Positions 27,534 to 47,390 of a DNA stretch of 52,717 nucleotides are shown here, piece by piece. The notes under the pieces were generated by a model. The model made no database searches and had not been told where the DNA came from. It saw only the letters and a list, made by a program, of their open reading frames with translations. The DNA is from Macrostomum lignano (taxonomy: Eukaryota): the NCBI GenBank assembly GCA_002269645.1, contig NIVC01004262.1:1-52717 (forward strand). The letters run 5' to 3'. Each line of letters begins with the position of its first letter. Positions within the stretch are counted from its first letter, which is position 1. A program made the translations under genes and the position numbers.

Positions 27534-30500
27534 ATGTCTGACAAAGGCAAGTCTTCAAGCGGCCGGGGCGGCACTGTGAATTCAGACGATCAAAATGGCG
27601 GCGTTGTCGGATCGAAGGCGCCGCCGCCACCGCAGCCTCAGCAAGCGGAACCGGGTCCGCCGCCGACAAAGGACCCTAACGGAGGTGGCAGTGGTGGCGG
27701 TGGAGGAAGCGGCGGCGGCGGAGCCCCAAAGCCAGCCGCACCGCAGGGTCGAAAGCCGCCCGAACTGCCGCAGGTGGAGCGCAGCAACTGGCTAATCCAT
27801 ATGCACTATGTTCGGGGCGAATTCGATGCCTGCATGCGCCTCATCAAAGAGCAGCTGGTTGATAGCGGCAATCTGTGCGAGTATGCCCTGTAAGTGCGCT
27901 GCTGCCCCGATCTTTGAGTCTCTCAAATCCCCCCATGAAAATCAAGCCTCCCAAATCTCCCCATGAAGACAGCCTCTCAAATTTTCCCAAGGATAAGCTC
28001 CCAAATCTCCCCATGAAGACCAAGCCTCCCAAATCTCCTCATGAAGACCAAGCCTCTCAAATCTCCGCAAGAAGACCAAGCCTCCCAAATCTCCCCATGA
28101 AGACCAAGCCTCCCAAATCTCCCCATGAAGACAGCCTCTCAAATTTTCCCAAGGATAAGCTCCCAAATCTCCCCATGAAGACCAAGCCTCCCAAATCTCC
28201 CCATGACGACCAAGCCTCCCAAATCTCCTCATGAAGACCAAGCCTCTCAAATCTCCGCATGAAAACCAAGCCTCCCAAATCTCCTCATGAAGACCAAGCC
28301 TCCCAAATCTCCTCATGAAGACCAAGCCTCAAATCTCCCCATGAAGACCAAGCCTCTCAAATCTCCTCATGAAGACCAAGCCTCTCAAATCTCCTCATGA
28401 AGACCAAGCCTCTCAAATCTCCTCATGAAGACCAAACCTCTCAAATCTCCGCATGAAGATCAAGCGTCTCAAATCTCCTCATGAAGACCAAGCCTCCCAA
28501 ATCTCCTCATGAAGACCAAGCCTCTCAAATCCCGATCCCCATGATATTAAATAAAGACACTCATGTTCGCCCCAATGTTTCCATGTGCAGCTACGTTCAA
28601 GGCCTGATCTTACGCCAGCGCGGCCGCATCCAGGAGAGCATGGACGCGTTTCAACAATGCGCCCTGCTCAACCCTTCCTCCGTTAACAACCTGAAACAGG
28701 TGGCTCGGTCGCTCTTCCTGCTGGGCAGGCATCGCGCTGCTGCTGGCGTGTTCCAGGTAAGCTCCGGATTCGAATCGCTGCTGCATCTTCTTACTTATGA
28801 GTCATTAACAGTTAACAAATTTTAACCTCAGAGTCTTTATGTACATTCAGAGCTGACAAAAGCCTCAGTCTACCCGCTGTCTCTCCTGCCCCCCCCCCTC
28901 GTTAGGACGCCGCCAAGCAGGCGCCAGACGACTGGGAGATCGCGCACAACCTTGGCGTCTGCTGCATGCACATGCGCGATTTTGCCCAGGCCAAGGACCA
29001 TCTGCGTCGGGCAGCCGGACTGCGGCCTCACGAGAGCACCCTGGTGCAGCTGGGCAAAATACACATCATTGAGAACGACCTGCAGCACGCACTGGAGGTT
29101 TTCCGTCGGTCAGTCTCAATAATCTCTTTTCAAGAGAAACGCCCTAATATCCTCTTTATCTGATCTAATCTAGCCTAGAGAATCTGTCCGAATCTAGCCT
29201 AGAGAATCTGTCCGAATCTACCCTAAAGAATCTGTCCGAATCTAGCCTAGAGAATCTGTCCGAATCTACCCTAAAGAATCTGTCCGAATCTAGCCTAGAG
29301 AATCTGTCCGAATCTACCCTAAAGAATCTGTCCGAATCTAGCCTAGAGAATCTGTCCGAATCTAGCCTAGAGAATCTGTCCGAATCTACCCTAAAGAATC
29401 TGTCCGAATCTAGCCTAGAGAATCTGTCCGAATCTACCCTAGAGAATCTGTCCGAATCCACCCTAGAAAATCTGTCCGAATCTACCCTAGAGAATCTGTC
29501 CGAATCCACCCTAGAAAATCTGTCCGAATCTAGCCTAGAGAATCTGTCCGAATCTACCCTAAAGAATCTGTCCGAATCTACCCTAAAGAATCTGTCCGAA
29601 TCTACCCTAAAGAATCTGTCCGAATCTAGCCTAGAGAATCTGTCCGAATCTACCCTAGAAAATCTGTCCGAATCTACCCTAGAGAATCTGTCCGAATCCA
29701 CCCTAGAGAATCTGTCCGAATCTAGCCTAGAGAATCTGTCCGAATCCACCCTAGAGAATCTGTCCGAATCCACCCTAGAGAATCTGTCCGAATCTAGCCT
29801 AGAGAATCTGTCTGAATCTACCCTAGGGAATCTGTCCGAATCCAGCCTAGAGAATCTGTCCGAATGTACACCAGAGAGTACGAGCGTATGTCCGAATCTA
29901 CCCTAGAGAATCGGACCTAATCTACTCTAGAGAATCGGACCTAATCTACCCTAGCAAATCGCCCCTACTCCAACAATAAACACACATTCTCACTCCTACC
30001 TGCAGAGCCGTGGAGCTGGCCCCGGAGAACCCGGACCTGCTATCAACCCTAGGCCTGCTCTATATGCAGTGCAACCAGTATCAGAAAGCCTTCGAGCACC
30101 TGGGCAACGCACTAACCTACGATCCCGAGCACACCAAAGCTATCTTAGCCGCCGGCTCGATTATGCAGGCTCACGGAGACTATGATGTAGCTTTGACTAA
30201 GTACCGGGTGAGCTTGTGCCACTGAGCTTTGAGGGTTTTATAGCTGGATATTGATGATCAGTCCGCTTTGACACCAGTCTGGTAGCGTTGTTTCCGTGAC
30301 TTTCCGGCTGTTCTGCAGGTCTCCTATCTTCTCCATCTCGTCTCTTTACTGTACTATCCTCTCCTCTCCTCTCCCCTCTCTCCTCTCCTCTCTCCTCTCT
30401 CATCTCCCTCCCATATCCTCTCGACTCTTTTCTCTATTCTCTCCTTTCTCCTCTCCCCTCTCTTCTCCCCTCTCCTCTCCCTTGTCTTCTCTCCTCTCCT

Positions 30501-31932
30501 CTCCCCTCTCCTCTTTATCTACCGTAATTCAGCCAATTCACTGCAGGTGGCCGCCGGCAACGCGCCGGAGAGCGCCGCCGTCTGGAACAACGTCGGCATG
30601 GCCTTCTTCGGCAAGCGCAAATTCGTGGCCGCCATCACCTGCCTGAAACGGGCCGCCTATCTGAGCCCGTTCGAATGGAAGGTGCAGTACAATTTGGGCC
30701 TGGTGCACCTGTACACTGAGCAGTATGCCAGCGCTTTTCACTTCCTCACTGCCGCTATTCAACTGCGGCCAAAGATGCCCGCCCTCTACATGCTGCTCGG
30801 CGTGGCTCTCAGCAACCTGGATGATGCCGAGAATTGCCGCCTCGCCTATGATGAAGCTCTTAAAGTGGAGAAGGAGACTGGAAGCAGGTTTGTATATATT
30901 GTATATCCCCACTGTGTCCTTCCCCTTCCCCGCTGTGTCCTTCCCCTTCCCCGCTGTGTCCTCCCCCATCCCCGCTGTGTCCTTCCCCATCCCCACTGTG
31001 TCCTTCCCCATCCCCACTGTGTCCTTCCCCATCCCCGCTGTGTCCTCCCCCATCCCCGCTGTGTCCTTCCCCATCCCCACTGTGTCTTCCCCCATCCCCG
31101 CTGTGTCCTTCCCCATCCCCGCTGTGTCCTTCCCCATCACCACTGTGTCCTTCCCCTTCCCCACTGTGTCCTTCCCCTTCCCCGCTGTGTTCTTCCCCTT
31201 CCCCGCTGTGTCCTTCCCATCCTCAATGTCCTTCCCCTTCCCCACTGTGTTCTTCCCCTTCCCCGCTGTGTCCTTCCCCTTCCCCACTGTGTCCTCCCCC
31301 ATCCACACTGTCCTTCCCCATCCCCACTGTGTCCTTCCCCATCTCACTGTGTCCTTCCCCATCCCCACTGTCCTTCCCCATCCCCACTGTGTCATCCCCC
31401 ATCCCCACTGTGTCCTTCCATACCCGCTGTTGTCAAATATCCCCAACAACTAAAGATCCTCTCTTCCCAACTCCCCACACCTGCAAGATCCCTGGACCCG
31501 CTGGTGGCCCTGAACTACGCCGTCTACCTGTACAACTCTGGCGACGCCTCGGCCAGCGGCCGGATGCTCGGCGAGTTCGAGCGCCGCCTCCAGGAGCGCC
31601 ACGGCAACGCTGCGGCCGCCGCTGCCGAAGCTCCTGACGCTGTTGAGACCGGCAAACGTCTGGCTGCTCTGCTTAACGTCGGCGAGTCGCTGCTCTGGCG
31701 AACTGAGGCCCCGGCCGCCGCCGCCGCCGCCGCCGCCGGTCCCGCCGACTCTGCCGCGCCCGCGGTCCATCGGGCGCCCGCTGGCAGGGATCAGCCGAAA
31801 CGATTCGCCGGCGCTGGTGGTGCGGACGAGCTGCGCGACATTCAACGGGCGCCGCTGCCGCCGACAGAGCCGCCGAGCCACCCGAAGCCGGACCCGACTA
31901 GGCGGCCCATCAACCCTCAGCCGGACTTCTGA
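27534..31932 (+). CDS. BBS4: Bardet-Biedl syndrome 4 protein (BBSome TPR subunit), 6 exons, 570 aa
   Basis: Exons 27534-27889, 28591-28756, 28906-29108, 30006-30207, 30547-30887, 31488-31932 (phases 2,0,2,0,2; 1713 nt). Matches BBS4: [87 protein letters not shown]. Confidence 0.95.
27925..28530. repeat. 28-bp minisatellite in BBS4 intron 1
   Basis: Unit ccaagcctcccaaatctcctcatgaaga. Confidence 0.95.
29168..29950. repeat. 24-bp minisatellite in BBS4 intron 3
   Basis: Unit gaatctgtccgaatctagcctaga / gaatctgtccgaatctaccctaaa. Confidence 0.95.
30350..30515. repeat. CT-rich low-complexity tract in BBS4 intron 4
   Basis: (ctctc/ctcct)n. Confidence 0.85.
30906..31420. repeat. 21-bp C-rich minisatellite in BBS4 intron 5
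   Basis: Unit cccc(a/g)ctgtgtccttcccc(a/t)t. Confidence 0.95.
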
Positions 31933-32071
31933 TGGACTTTTGCCGATATGTTGAGTAGAAAACTTCATTTTCAAGCAGGAACCTACGAAAGGCCTATTTT
32001 ATTGTAGCAATCTAGTTGTTGTTGACGAGTTGCTTGTTGCTTAAATGGGGCTGAGGTGACAAGAGAGCAGG

Positions 32072-32800
32072 TGGGGTAGATAAGTGAGTTGGGTTAGATA
32101 AAGGAGTTAGAGTAGATAGGTGGGGTAGATAAGGGAGATTAAGGTAGATATATGAGGTGGGGTAGATAAGGGAGCTGGGATAGATAAGATAAGGGAGGTG
32201 GCAGGTGGGGTAGATAAGGGAAGTCCAAGTGGGGTAGATAAGGGAGGTGGGATAGATAAGGGAAGTGCGGTAGATAAGGGAAGTGCGGTAGATAAGGGAA
32301 GTGGGGTAGATAAGGGAGTTAGAGTAGATAGGTGGGGTAGATAAGGGAGATTAAGGTAGATATATGAGGTGGGGTAGATAAGGGAGCTGGGATAGATAAG
32401 ATAAGGGAGGTGGCAGGTGGGGTAGATAAGGGAAGTCCAAGTGGGGTAGATAAGGGAGGTGGGATAGATAAGATAAGGGAGGTGGCAGGTGGGGTAGATA
32501 AGGGAAGTCCAAGTGGGGTAGATAAGGGAGGTGGGATAGATAAGGGAAGTGCGGTAGATAAGAGAAGTGGGGTAGATAAGGGAGTTAGAGTAGATAGGTG
32601 GGGTAGATAAGGGAGATTAAGGTAGATATATGAGGTGGGTTAGATAAGGGAGCTGGGATAGATAAGATAAGGGAGGTGGCAGGTGGGGTAGAGAAGGGAA
32701 GTGGGGTAGATAAGGGAAGTGGGGTAGATAAGGGAGGTGGGGTAGATAAGGGAGGTGGGGTAGATAAGGGAAGTGGGGTAGATAAGGGAAGTGGGGTAGA
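32072..32800. repeat. G-rich ~19-bp minisatellite with higher-order blocks, 3' of BBS4
   Basis: Unit ggggtagataagggaagt(g); a longer block starting ggagttagagtagatagg recurs near 32100, 32315 and 32580. Confidence 0.9.
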
Positions 32801-33444
32801 TGACGGAGGTTGTGGGTAATGCAGGTAGGTGTCGGAAAGTTGTACTGATGGAGGAAATGATATTCAACTAACACACTGGGTACTAGCGCCCAGTACCCGT
32901 CTGTTGTAGACTCTTTAGCTGCGACTCTGTATGATCACTATACAGATTTCTCTCGTCACTTCTTTTGCCCTTTTTCTTGTTTATTTTCATTGCTTATTTA
33001 CAGCGGCAGCTGTATGTGTTTTTAATGTAATTTATACAGACATTTCCTAACACCGTCCGTTGAAAAAGGCGATTCCGTCCTCTTTCGTAGTTTTATACTT
33101 TGTGTTATTTTATTGTTGAAACGCAAGCTTATTATCGCGGCTGTGTCGATTCTATTAAAAACAAATATTTGGAAAAGACAAAAAAATTAAATTTGTATGA
33201 GACTTCTTCAAGATGCGTAACCATGAATCAAGTTTTTGTCTTCATATATAACTTGTTGACGCCGCGTGATGCTGAAGGTGCTTAAAAACACAAACTTATT
33301 TTATAGTTCGTAACACAAGTGATAATAGATGCTGGGAAATTGCTACTTTTTATAACTATTTGTATCCATAAACGAAAATTTATAAATAAAAAGGAAAAAT
33401 TAAATCTCTGTTTCTTTAACTGAAATTATCTGCCACTGTCCACT

Positions 33445-33995
33445 GCCTCATCACTATCAGGCTCCGCTTCATCAGAATCAGCCTCCGCCTCATCAATACC
33501 AGCCTCCGCTTCATCTTTACCAGCCTCTGTCTCAGCACTATCAGCCTCCGCCTCATCTCTACCAGCCTCCGCCTCATCACTACCAGCCTCAGCTTCATCT
33601 CTACCAGCCTCCACCTTATCACTACCAGCCCCTTTCATCTCTAGCAGCCTCCACTTCATCTCTACCAGCCTCCGCCTCATCACTACCAGCCCCCTTCATC
33701 TCTACCAGCCTCCGCCTCAGCACTACCAGCCCCAGCTTCATCTCTACTAGCCTCCACCTTATCACTACCAGCCCCTTTCATCTCTAGCAGCCTCCACTTC
33801 ATCTCTACCAGCCTCCGCCTCATCACTACCAGCCCCCTTCATCTCTACCAGCCTCCGCCTCAGCACTACCAGCCCCAGCTTCATCTCTACTAGCCTCCAC
33901 CTTATCACTACCAGCCCCTTCATCTCTAGCAGCCTCCACTTCATCTCTACCAGCCTCCGCATCATCACTACCAGCCCCCTTCATCTCTACAAGCC
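33445..33995. repeat. ~21-bp minisatellite with ~143-bp higher-order period, 3' of the lectin-like gene
   Basis: Units ccagcctccgcctcatcacta / ccagccccttcatctcta. Confidence 0.9.
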
Positions 33996-34022
33996 TCCGT
34001 CCCCTGTCCCTGCCGCTGCCGC

Positions 34023-41479
<7,457 letters not shown>

Positions 41480-41717
41480 TTTGAAGGTTCAAGCTCGCGG
41501 ATTCTTGGTGTCATTCTTGCTGTGAAGAATTTGTCTGAGAGGACTTTGTAGGAGAATTTTCCCAAAATGCCTCGGCCAATCAGCTCCGTTGCTATGAGCT
41601 AACTGGCACATTGCAACAAAGTGTAACAAGAGATTTCATTGGCAGATCGATTCGGAATACTGCGCTGTCTCAGAACAAGGCATCTGTCTGAACAGGTGGC
41701 ATAACAACAACAAGTTG

Positions 41718-42845
41718 GTGTGTCTGACAGGTAGGTTTGTGTGTGTCTGACAGGTAGGTTTGTGTGTGTCTGACAGGTAGGTTTGTGTGTGTCTGACAGG
41801 TAGGTTTGTGTGTGTCTGACAGGTAGGTTTGTGTGTGTCTGACAGGTAGGTTTGTGTGTGTGTGACAGGTAGGTTTGTGTGTGTCTGACAGGTAGGTTTG
41901 TGAGTCTGACAGGTAGGTTTGTGTGTGTCTGACAGGTAGGTTTGTGTGTGTCTGACAGGTAGGTTTGTGTGTGTCTGACAGGTAGGTTTGTGCGTGTCTG
42001 ACAGGTAGGTTTATGAGTCTGACAGGTAGGTTTGTGTGTGTCTGACAGGTAGGTTTGTGTGTGTCTGACAGGTAGGTTTGTGTGAGTCTGACAGGTAGGT
42101 TTGTGTGTGTCTGACAGGTAGGTTTGTGAGTCTGACAGGTAGGTTTGTGTGTGTGTGACAGGTAGGTTTGTGTGTGTCTGACAGGTAGGTTTGTGTGTGT
42201 CTGACAGGTAGGTTTGTGTGTGTCTGACAGGTAGGTTTGTGTGTGTGTAGGTTTGTGTGTGTGTGACAGGTAGGTTTGTGTGTGTCTGACAGGTAGGTTT
42301 GTGAGTCTGACAGGTAGGTTTGTGTGTGTCTGACAGGTAGGTTTGTGTGTGTCTGACAGGTAGGTTTGTGTGTGTCTGACAGGTAGGTTTGTGCGTGTCT
42401 GACAGGTAGGTTTATGAGTCTGACAGGTAGGTTTGTGTGTGTCTGACAGGTAGGTTTGTGTGTGTGTGACAGGTAGGTTTGTGCGTGTGTGTGACAGGTA
42501 GGTTTGTGTGTGTGACAGGTAGGTTTGTGCGTGTGTGTGACAGGTACATGTAGGTTTGTGTGTGTGTGACAGGTAGGTTTGTGTGTCTGTGTGACAGGTA
42601 GGTTTGTGTGTGTGTGACAGGTAGGTTTGTGCGTGTGTGTGACAGGTAGGTTTGTGTGTGTGACAGGTAGGTTTGTGCGTGTGTGTGACAGGTACATGTA
42701 GGTTTGTGTGTGTGTGACAGGTAGGTTTGTGTGTCTGTGTGACAGGTAGGTTTGTGTGTGTGTGACAGGTAGGTTTGTGCGTGTGTGTGACAGGTAGGTT
42801 TGTGTGTGTCTGACAGGTAGGTTTGTGTGTGTGACAGTTAGGTTT
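41718..42845. repeat. ~23-bp minisatellite (CAGGTAGGTTTG + GT dinucleotides)
   Basis: Unit ctgacaggtaggtttgtgtgtgt with variable GT count. Confidence 0.95.
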
Positions 42846-43288
42846 GCATTTTGTAGACTTCAATCTTTAATTGCATTTAATATTGCTTTACAATAATTTA
42901 ATTAATATAAATAACAATTATATTGATTGACACCTCGAATGAACGAGTTTATTAAATCATAAAGCGAAAAAACCCTGAATTCTATATGATTAGTGCAAGG
43001 CAATCACTCATTTTTTAAGTCCAGCGCTTTCTCTTGCATCAAGAATTAATTGCAGTTTGTAATTAACAATAATTGCATCGTCAATTTAGATAAATTGCCA
43101 ATAATCAGATTGCCAAAAAAGAGACCAGACGTAGCCAAAGTTGTTTTAATTTATCGCAAAACTCTTTACTTTCTACTTGCAACAGTAGAAATAAATATGT
43201 AATGCATTTTATTAACTTAATTTGGAGCGAAATTGCCAAGTATTAAGTATGTAAAGGTGCGTGTTAATTGCTACTTGGGGGGGGGTCC

Positions 43289-44047
43289 TCAGACTCCGGC
43301 CAAATCGAGATCGGCTGCCCCATCGCCGAACTGCCACATCCCCTCTCCCTCCAAGTCGAGGCCCTCCTCCTCGTCTTCCAGCATCCACTGCTGCATCTCT
43401 ACATCGCTCATTTCGCCCAGCCCAGCCTCCTCCATCTCGGCGTCGCTCTCCTCGCTCAGCGTCAGCAGGCTGTCGCGAGCTTTCGCCTCGGCCGCGTACT
43501 TGTCTAGCAGATCTCTGTTGACAATCTTGAAGCCCAGCGGGTTGATCAGCTCGCTCAGCCGGGTGAACACCTCGTAATTGTCCGGGTGGAAGAACTCATC
43601 CGGCTCCGGGCTGGAGATGCACAGCAGGTCGCAGCAGTAGACGTACATGCAGTAGGACGGGTGCAGCGACGCTTCTACGGGCATCCGGAAGACTTCGCGC
43701 CAGAACGGGCCGAGCAGAATCCGGTGCAGGTCGGTGAGCAGCAGGAACTTCTGGTGCAGCAGGGAGATCAGCTTCATGCCGTAGTGGATCAGCGGCACAG
43801 TGAGGGGCAGCAGGAAGCCGATCAGGATGGAGTTCGCGTCAATGAAACTGAAGATCTTCAGGGTTAGTCGGGACTGGCCCACCTGGTCCAGGGCCTGCTT
43901 CACGTCCATTGACCGGCCCAGCAGGTCGAACTTGCCATGCAGATTGGCCGCCTGCAGGGGGTCCACGATGAGGGGCAGCTCGGCTCGCTCGTCTGTGTTG
44001 ATGCAGAAGGAGACTGTGCCCTGGCCTGAGCCCACGTAGCAGGACAT
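43289..44047 (-). CDS. Hypothetical protein, 252 aa, single coding exon, acidic C-terminal tail
   Basis: Non-repetitive ORF with strongly G/C third codon positions. In-frame stop two codons before the ATG, and an acceptor-like CCCCAG 7 nt upstream. No family recognised. Confidence 0.7.
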   Translation of the reverse strand: MSCYVGSGQGTVSFCINTDERAELPLIVDPLQAANLHGKFDLLGRSMDVKQALDQVGQSRLTLKIFSFIDANSILIGFLLPLTVPLIHYGMKLISLLHQKFLLLTDLHRILLGPFWREVFRMPVEASLHPSYCMYVYCCDLLCISSPEPDEFFHPDNYEVFTRLSELINPLGFKIVNRDLLDKYAAEAKARDSLLTLSEESDAEMEEAGLGEMSDVEMQQWMLEDEEEGLDLEGEGMWQFGDGAADLDLAGV

Positions 44048-44064
44048 TGCTCAGCTGGGGTCTG

Positions 44065-44275
44065 CTGACTGTCTGCTGACCTGTCAGATTAGTGACTGCT
44101 GACTGTGTCAGATTAGTGACTGCTGACTGTGTCAGATTAGTGACTGCTGACTGTGTCAGATTAGTGACTGCTGACTGTGTCAGATTAGTGACTGCTGACT
44201 ATGTCAAATTAGTGACTGATGGCTGTGTCAGATTAGTGACTGCTGACTGTGTCAGATTAGTGACTGATGGCTGTG
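44065..44275. repeat. 24-bp minisatellite
   Basis: Unit gtcagattagtgactgctgactgt. Confidence 0.9.
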
Positions 44276-44547
44276 TGATGAACGTCTGTTGGCTGTCCAA
44301 TGCGTGCTGTTTTGGACAAAGTCAGGCCAAATCAGTTGTTAGTGTGAAATTGCATATATTTCTTTCCCATTATTGCAAATTAAAATCCTGACTATGAAAT
44401 CCTCTTACCACAGACATTAAAACTGACTTTGGAATTCATCCAGGTTGTTTCACTGCTTCCTTAATATATTTCACTAATGGCACCTTATAATTATATTTTT
44501 ATTGCTTGCTGAGAACAAGTCATTCCAAGAACCGCGATTTGATTGCC

Positions 44548-44901
44548 CCACCTGGAGAACCGGCCACCTGGAGAACCGGTCACCTGGAGAACCGGCCACC
44601 TGGAGAACCGGCCACCTGAAGAACCGGCCACCTGGAGAATCGCCCACCTGAAGAATCGCCCACCTGAAGAATCGCCCACCTGGAGAATCGCCCACCTGGA
44701 GAACCGGTCACCTGGAGAATCGCCCACCTGAAGAATCGCCCATCTGGAGAATCGCCCACCTGGAGAACCGGTCACCTGGAGAACCGGCCACCTGGAGAAC
44801 CGGCCACCTGGAGAATCGCCCACCTGGAGAACCGGTCATCTGGAGAACCGGCCACCTGGAGAACCGGCCACCTGGAGAATCGCCCACCTGGAGAACCGGC
44901 C
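44548..44901. repeat. 16-bp minisatellite
   Basis: Unit cacctggagaaccggc / cacctg(g)agaatcgcc. Confidence 0.95.
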
Positions 44902-45780
44902 ATAACCCTTCTTACCTTCCAGCTCATTCCTCGCCGCTCTCATCAATCAATGTCGCCCAGTGCTCCACAATTTGCCTCTAAAAGCAGCAATGAGCCGCAG
45001 CCAGAAATCTCCACTGCAAAAGCAAACAGTCCTCAGTGATTGAGCAGCAGATCTGCTGAAAGAAACTGTAGCTGTGTTGATTTTAAGTCTCCCGGCCTCA
45101 GACTGAAGTATTTGCCCGGGAAATGCTCTCCTAGAAGAAGTCTTGGCAGAGGGCGGGGCTGGCGGCAGTGGAGGCCGCTGGATTTGCTCAGTGCATCCGT
45201 AATGCGCTGCCCTCCCCTGATGAGGCCGCTCCATCTCTCAGGCTCTGTTTTGCAACTCATGACAGTTTCTTTAAATGCAGTTATGGGGGCTCAGTTTCCG
45301 GCACGCGAAGTGTTTGCCGACCTGAGCTGACTGAGTCCGGCTGGTGGCCTGCCAAGCCCTCAGTGCCGTCTCCAGTTCTTGTCTCATAGAAGAGGAAATT
45401 TATCCCAATTCCGTGGCGTCGCCTTTGCTCCACAGCTGCTTTTGTTTGTCTGCGCAGTCCTCAAAGCCGTGTGAGATCCCATTGGCTCAGGCCTCCCCCC
45501 AGCGAATTTCCCCAATCCCGTTCAGTTTTCCCCAAAAATCCTCTGCAAGCGAGCAGCCGCCGCAATTCCCACAATCAATCTCTGGCTAGGGGATTTTGTC
45601 CCACTTTAAATTCTGAGAGGATAAATTTCCCAACTCAAAGCCGCGACAGCCGCCGACTTTGCAATCCGCGACAGGACCGACCGGACACCCGACTTGAGCA
45701 GCGGTGAGTCTCGGCTGCAGCGGCCGCTGGCGGGACTTTGAAGGTCCGGCAGACTGTCGACTCTGCTGCTTGTGGAAGCT

Positions 45781-46320
45781 CTCCATCCAGTCTCTCACTC
45801 TCCATCCAATCTCTCACTCTTCATCCAGTCTCTCACTCTCCATCCAGCCTCTCACTCTTCATCCAGTCTCTCACTCTCCATCCAGCCTCTCACTCTTCAT
45901 CCAGTCTCTCACTCTCCATCCAGCCTCTCACTCTTCATCCAGTCTCTCACTCTCCATCCAGCCTCTCACTCTTCATCCAGTCTCTCACTCTCCATCCAGC
46001 CTCTCACTCTTCATCCAGTCTCTCACTCTCCATCCAGCCTCTCACTCTCCATCCAGCCTCTCACTCTCCATCCAGCCTCTCACTCTCCATCCAGCCTCTC
46101 ACTCTCCATCCAGTCTCTCACTCTCCATCCAGTCTCTCACTCTCCATCCAGTCTCTCACTCTCCATCCAGCCTCTTACTCTCCATCCAGCCTCTCACTCT
46201 CCATCCAGCCTCTCACTCTCCATCCAGCCTCTCACTCTCCATCCAGCCTCTCACTCTCCATCCAGTCTCTCACTCTCCATCCAGCCTCTCACTCTCCATC
46301 CAGCTTCTCACTCTACATCA
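45781..46320. repeat. 19-20-bp pyrimidine-rich minisatellite
   Basis: Unit catccag(c/t)ctctcactctc. Confidence 0.95.
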
Positions 46321-46924
46321 AGCCTCTCCTCACTCTCCCATCTCCCTCCCTCTCACACGGCTTCATGTCGATCCTCTCACATTTTTCCCATCATCTCCGG
46401 TCCCATCTCTCCACCTTGCCCTTCATCGGCACTCCAGTTCCGCATTTCCTCCCACCAGTCTCGCAGAACCCGCACAGCAAAGTGCGGGCAGTGCGAGTTG
46501 AAATTCCATTCCCAACTTATCCGCAGAACCGCAGACCTTGAGCCTTGAGAACCGCACTGCTTCTTCTGCCCACTACAAGAGGTTTAGCAAAAAAATCTGT
46601 CAGCTCTCTCAGACACCAGAGTTGCCTTTTTTGGCCACGGAAAATCTTGTTTCTTCGGTTGAGTTGAATGGCAGAGTGAGCAGCACTTGGCCCGCCGCCC
46701 TGGAAGCGGATTTTTTATTTAATTTTTTGCCATACGATTAGCCGAACACCTGCAGCCAGTCAAACATTGGCTGCCGGTCTGCCCGCTAGACTTCTTTGAG
46801 GCCATCGTGACTGGCGGGTTCAGGAGGGTTCGAACTGCGGCTGCTGGACCTTTCTGAGAACTCTTGATCTTCTGGCATTGATAACTTTATCCCTTACAGT
46901 TTGATCCCTTAAGGCTTGAGCACA

Positions 46925-47388
46925 GCAGTCAGCAGAGTCAGTGATTCTCCCCCTGACCCTCAGCAGTCAGTGACTCTCTCCCCTGACCTTCAGCAGTCAG
47001 TGACTCTCTCTCCTGACCCTCAGCAGTCAGTGACTCTCTCCCCTGACCCTCAGCAGTCAGTGACTCTCTTCCCTGACCCTCAGCAGTCAGTGACTCTCTC
47101 CCCTGTCCCTCAGCAGTCAGTGACTCTCTCCCCTGACCTTCAGCAGTCAGTGACTCTCTCCCCTGACCCTCAGCAGTCAGTGACTCTCTCCCCTGTCCCT
47201 CAGCAGTCAGTGACTCTCTCCCCTGACCCTCAGCAGTCAGTGACTCTCTCCCCTGACCCCCAGCAGTCAGTGACTCTCTCCCCTTACCCTCAGCAGTCAG
47301 TGACTCTCTCTCCTGACCCTCAGCAGTCAGTGACTCTCTCTCCTGACCCTCAGCAGTCAGTGACTCTCCCCTGACCCTCAGCAGTCAG
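46925..47388. repeat. 30-bp minisatellite abutting the EF-hand gene start codon
   Basis: Unit ccctgaccctcagcagtcagtgactctctc, ~15 copies. Confidence 0.95.
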
Positions 47389-47390
47389 CA

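Noticed and set aside
25931-27669. Three >500-aa minus-strand ORFs (SIYL repeats)
   Set aside because: Translations of the (GATA)n microsatellite, which lacks stops on that strand; no unique coding content.
41670-42863. 397-aa HTHKPTC-repeat ORF as a His/Cys metal-binding protein
   Set aside because: Antisense translation of a variable-length GT-containing array whose frame shifts between units; no signal or unique domain.
43289-44047. Assigning the 252-aa ORF to BCCIP or another acidic-tail family
   Set aside because: Only a superficial EFF/acidic resemblance; diagnostic motifs were not seen, so it is left unnamed.
45704-47374. Ser/His/Pro-rich ORFs in three frames and the PQQSVTLS-repeat ORF
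   Set aside because: Open in several frames because the repeat units lack stops; non-ATG starts; the last one terminates before the EF-hand ATG.
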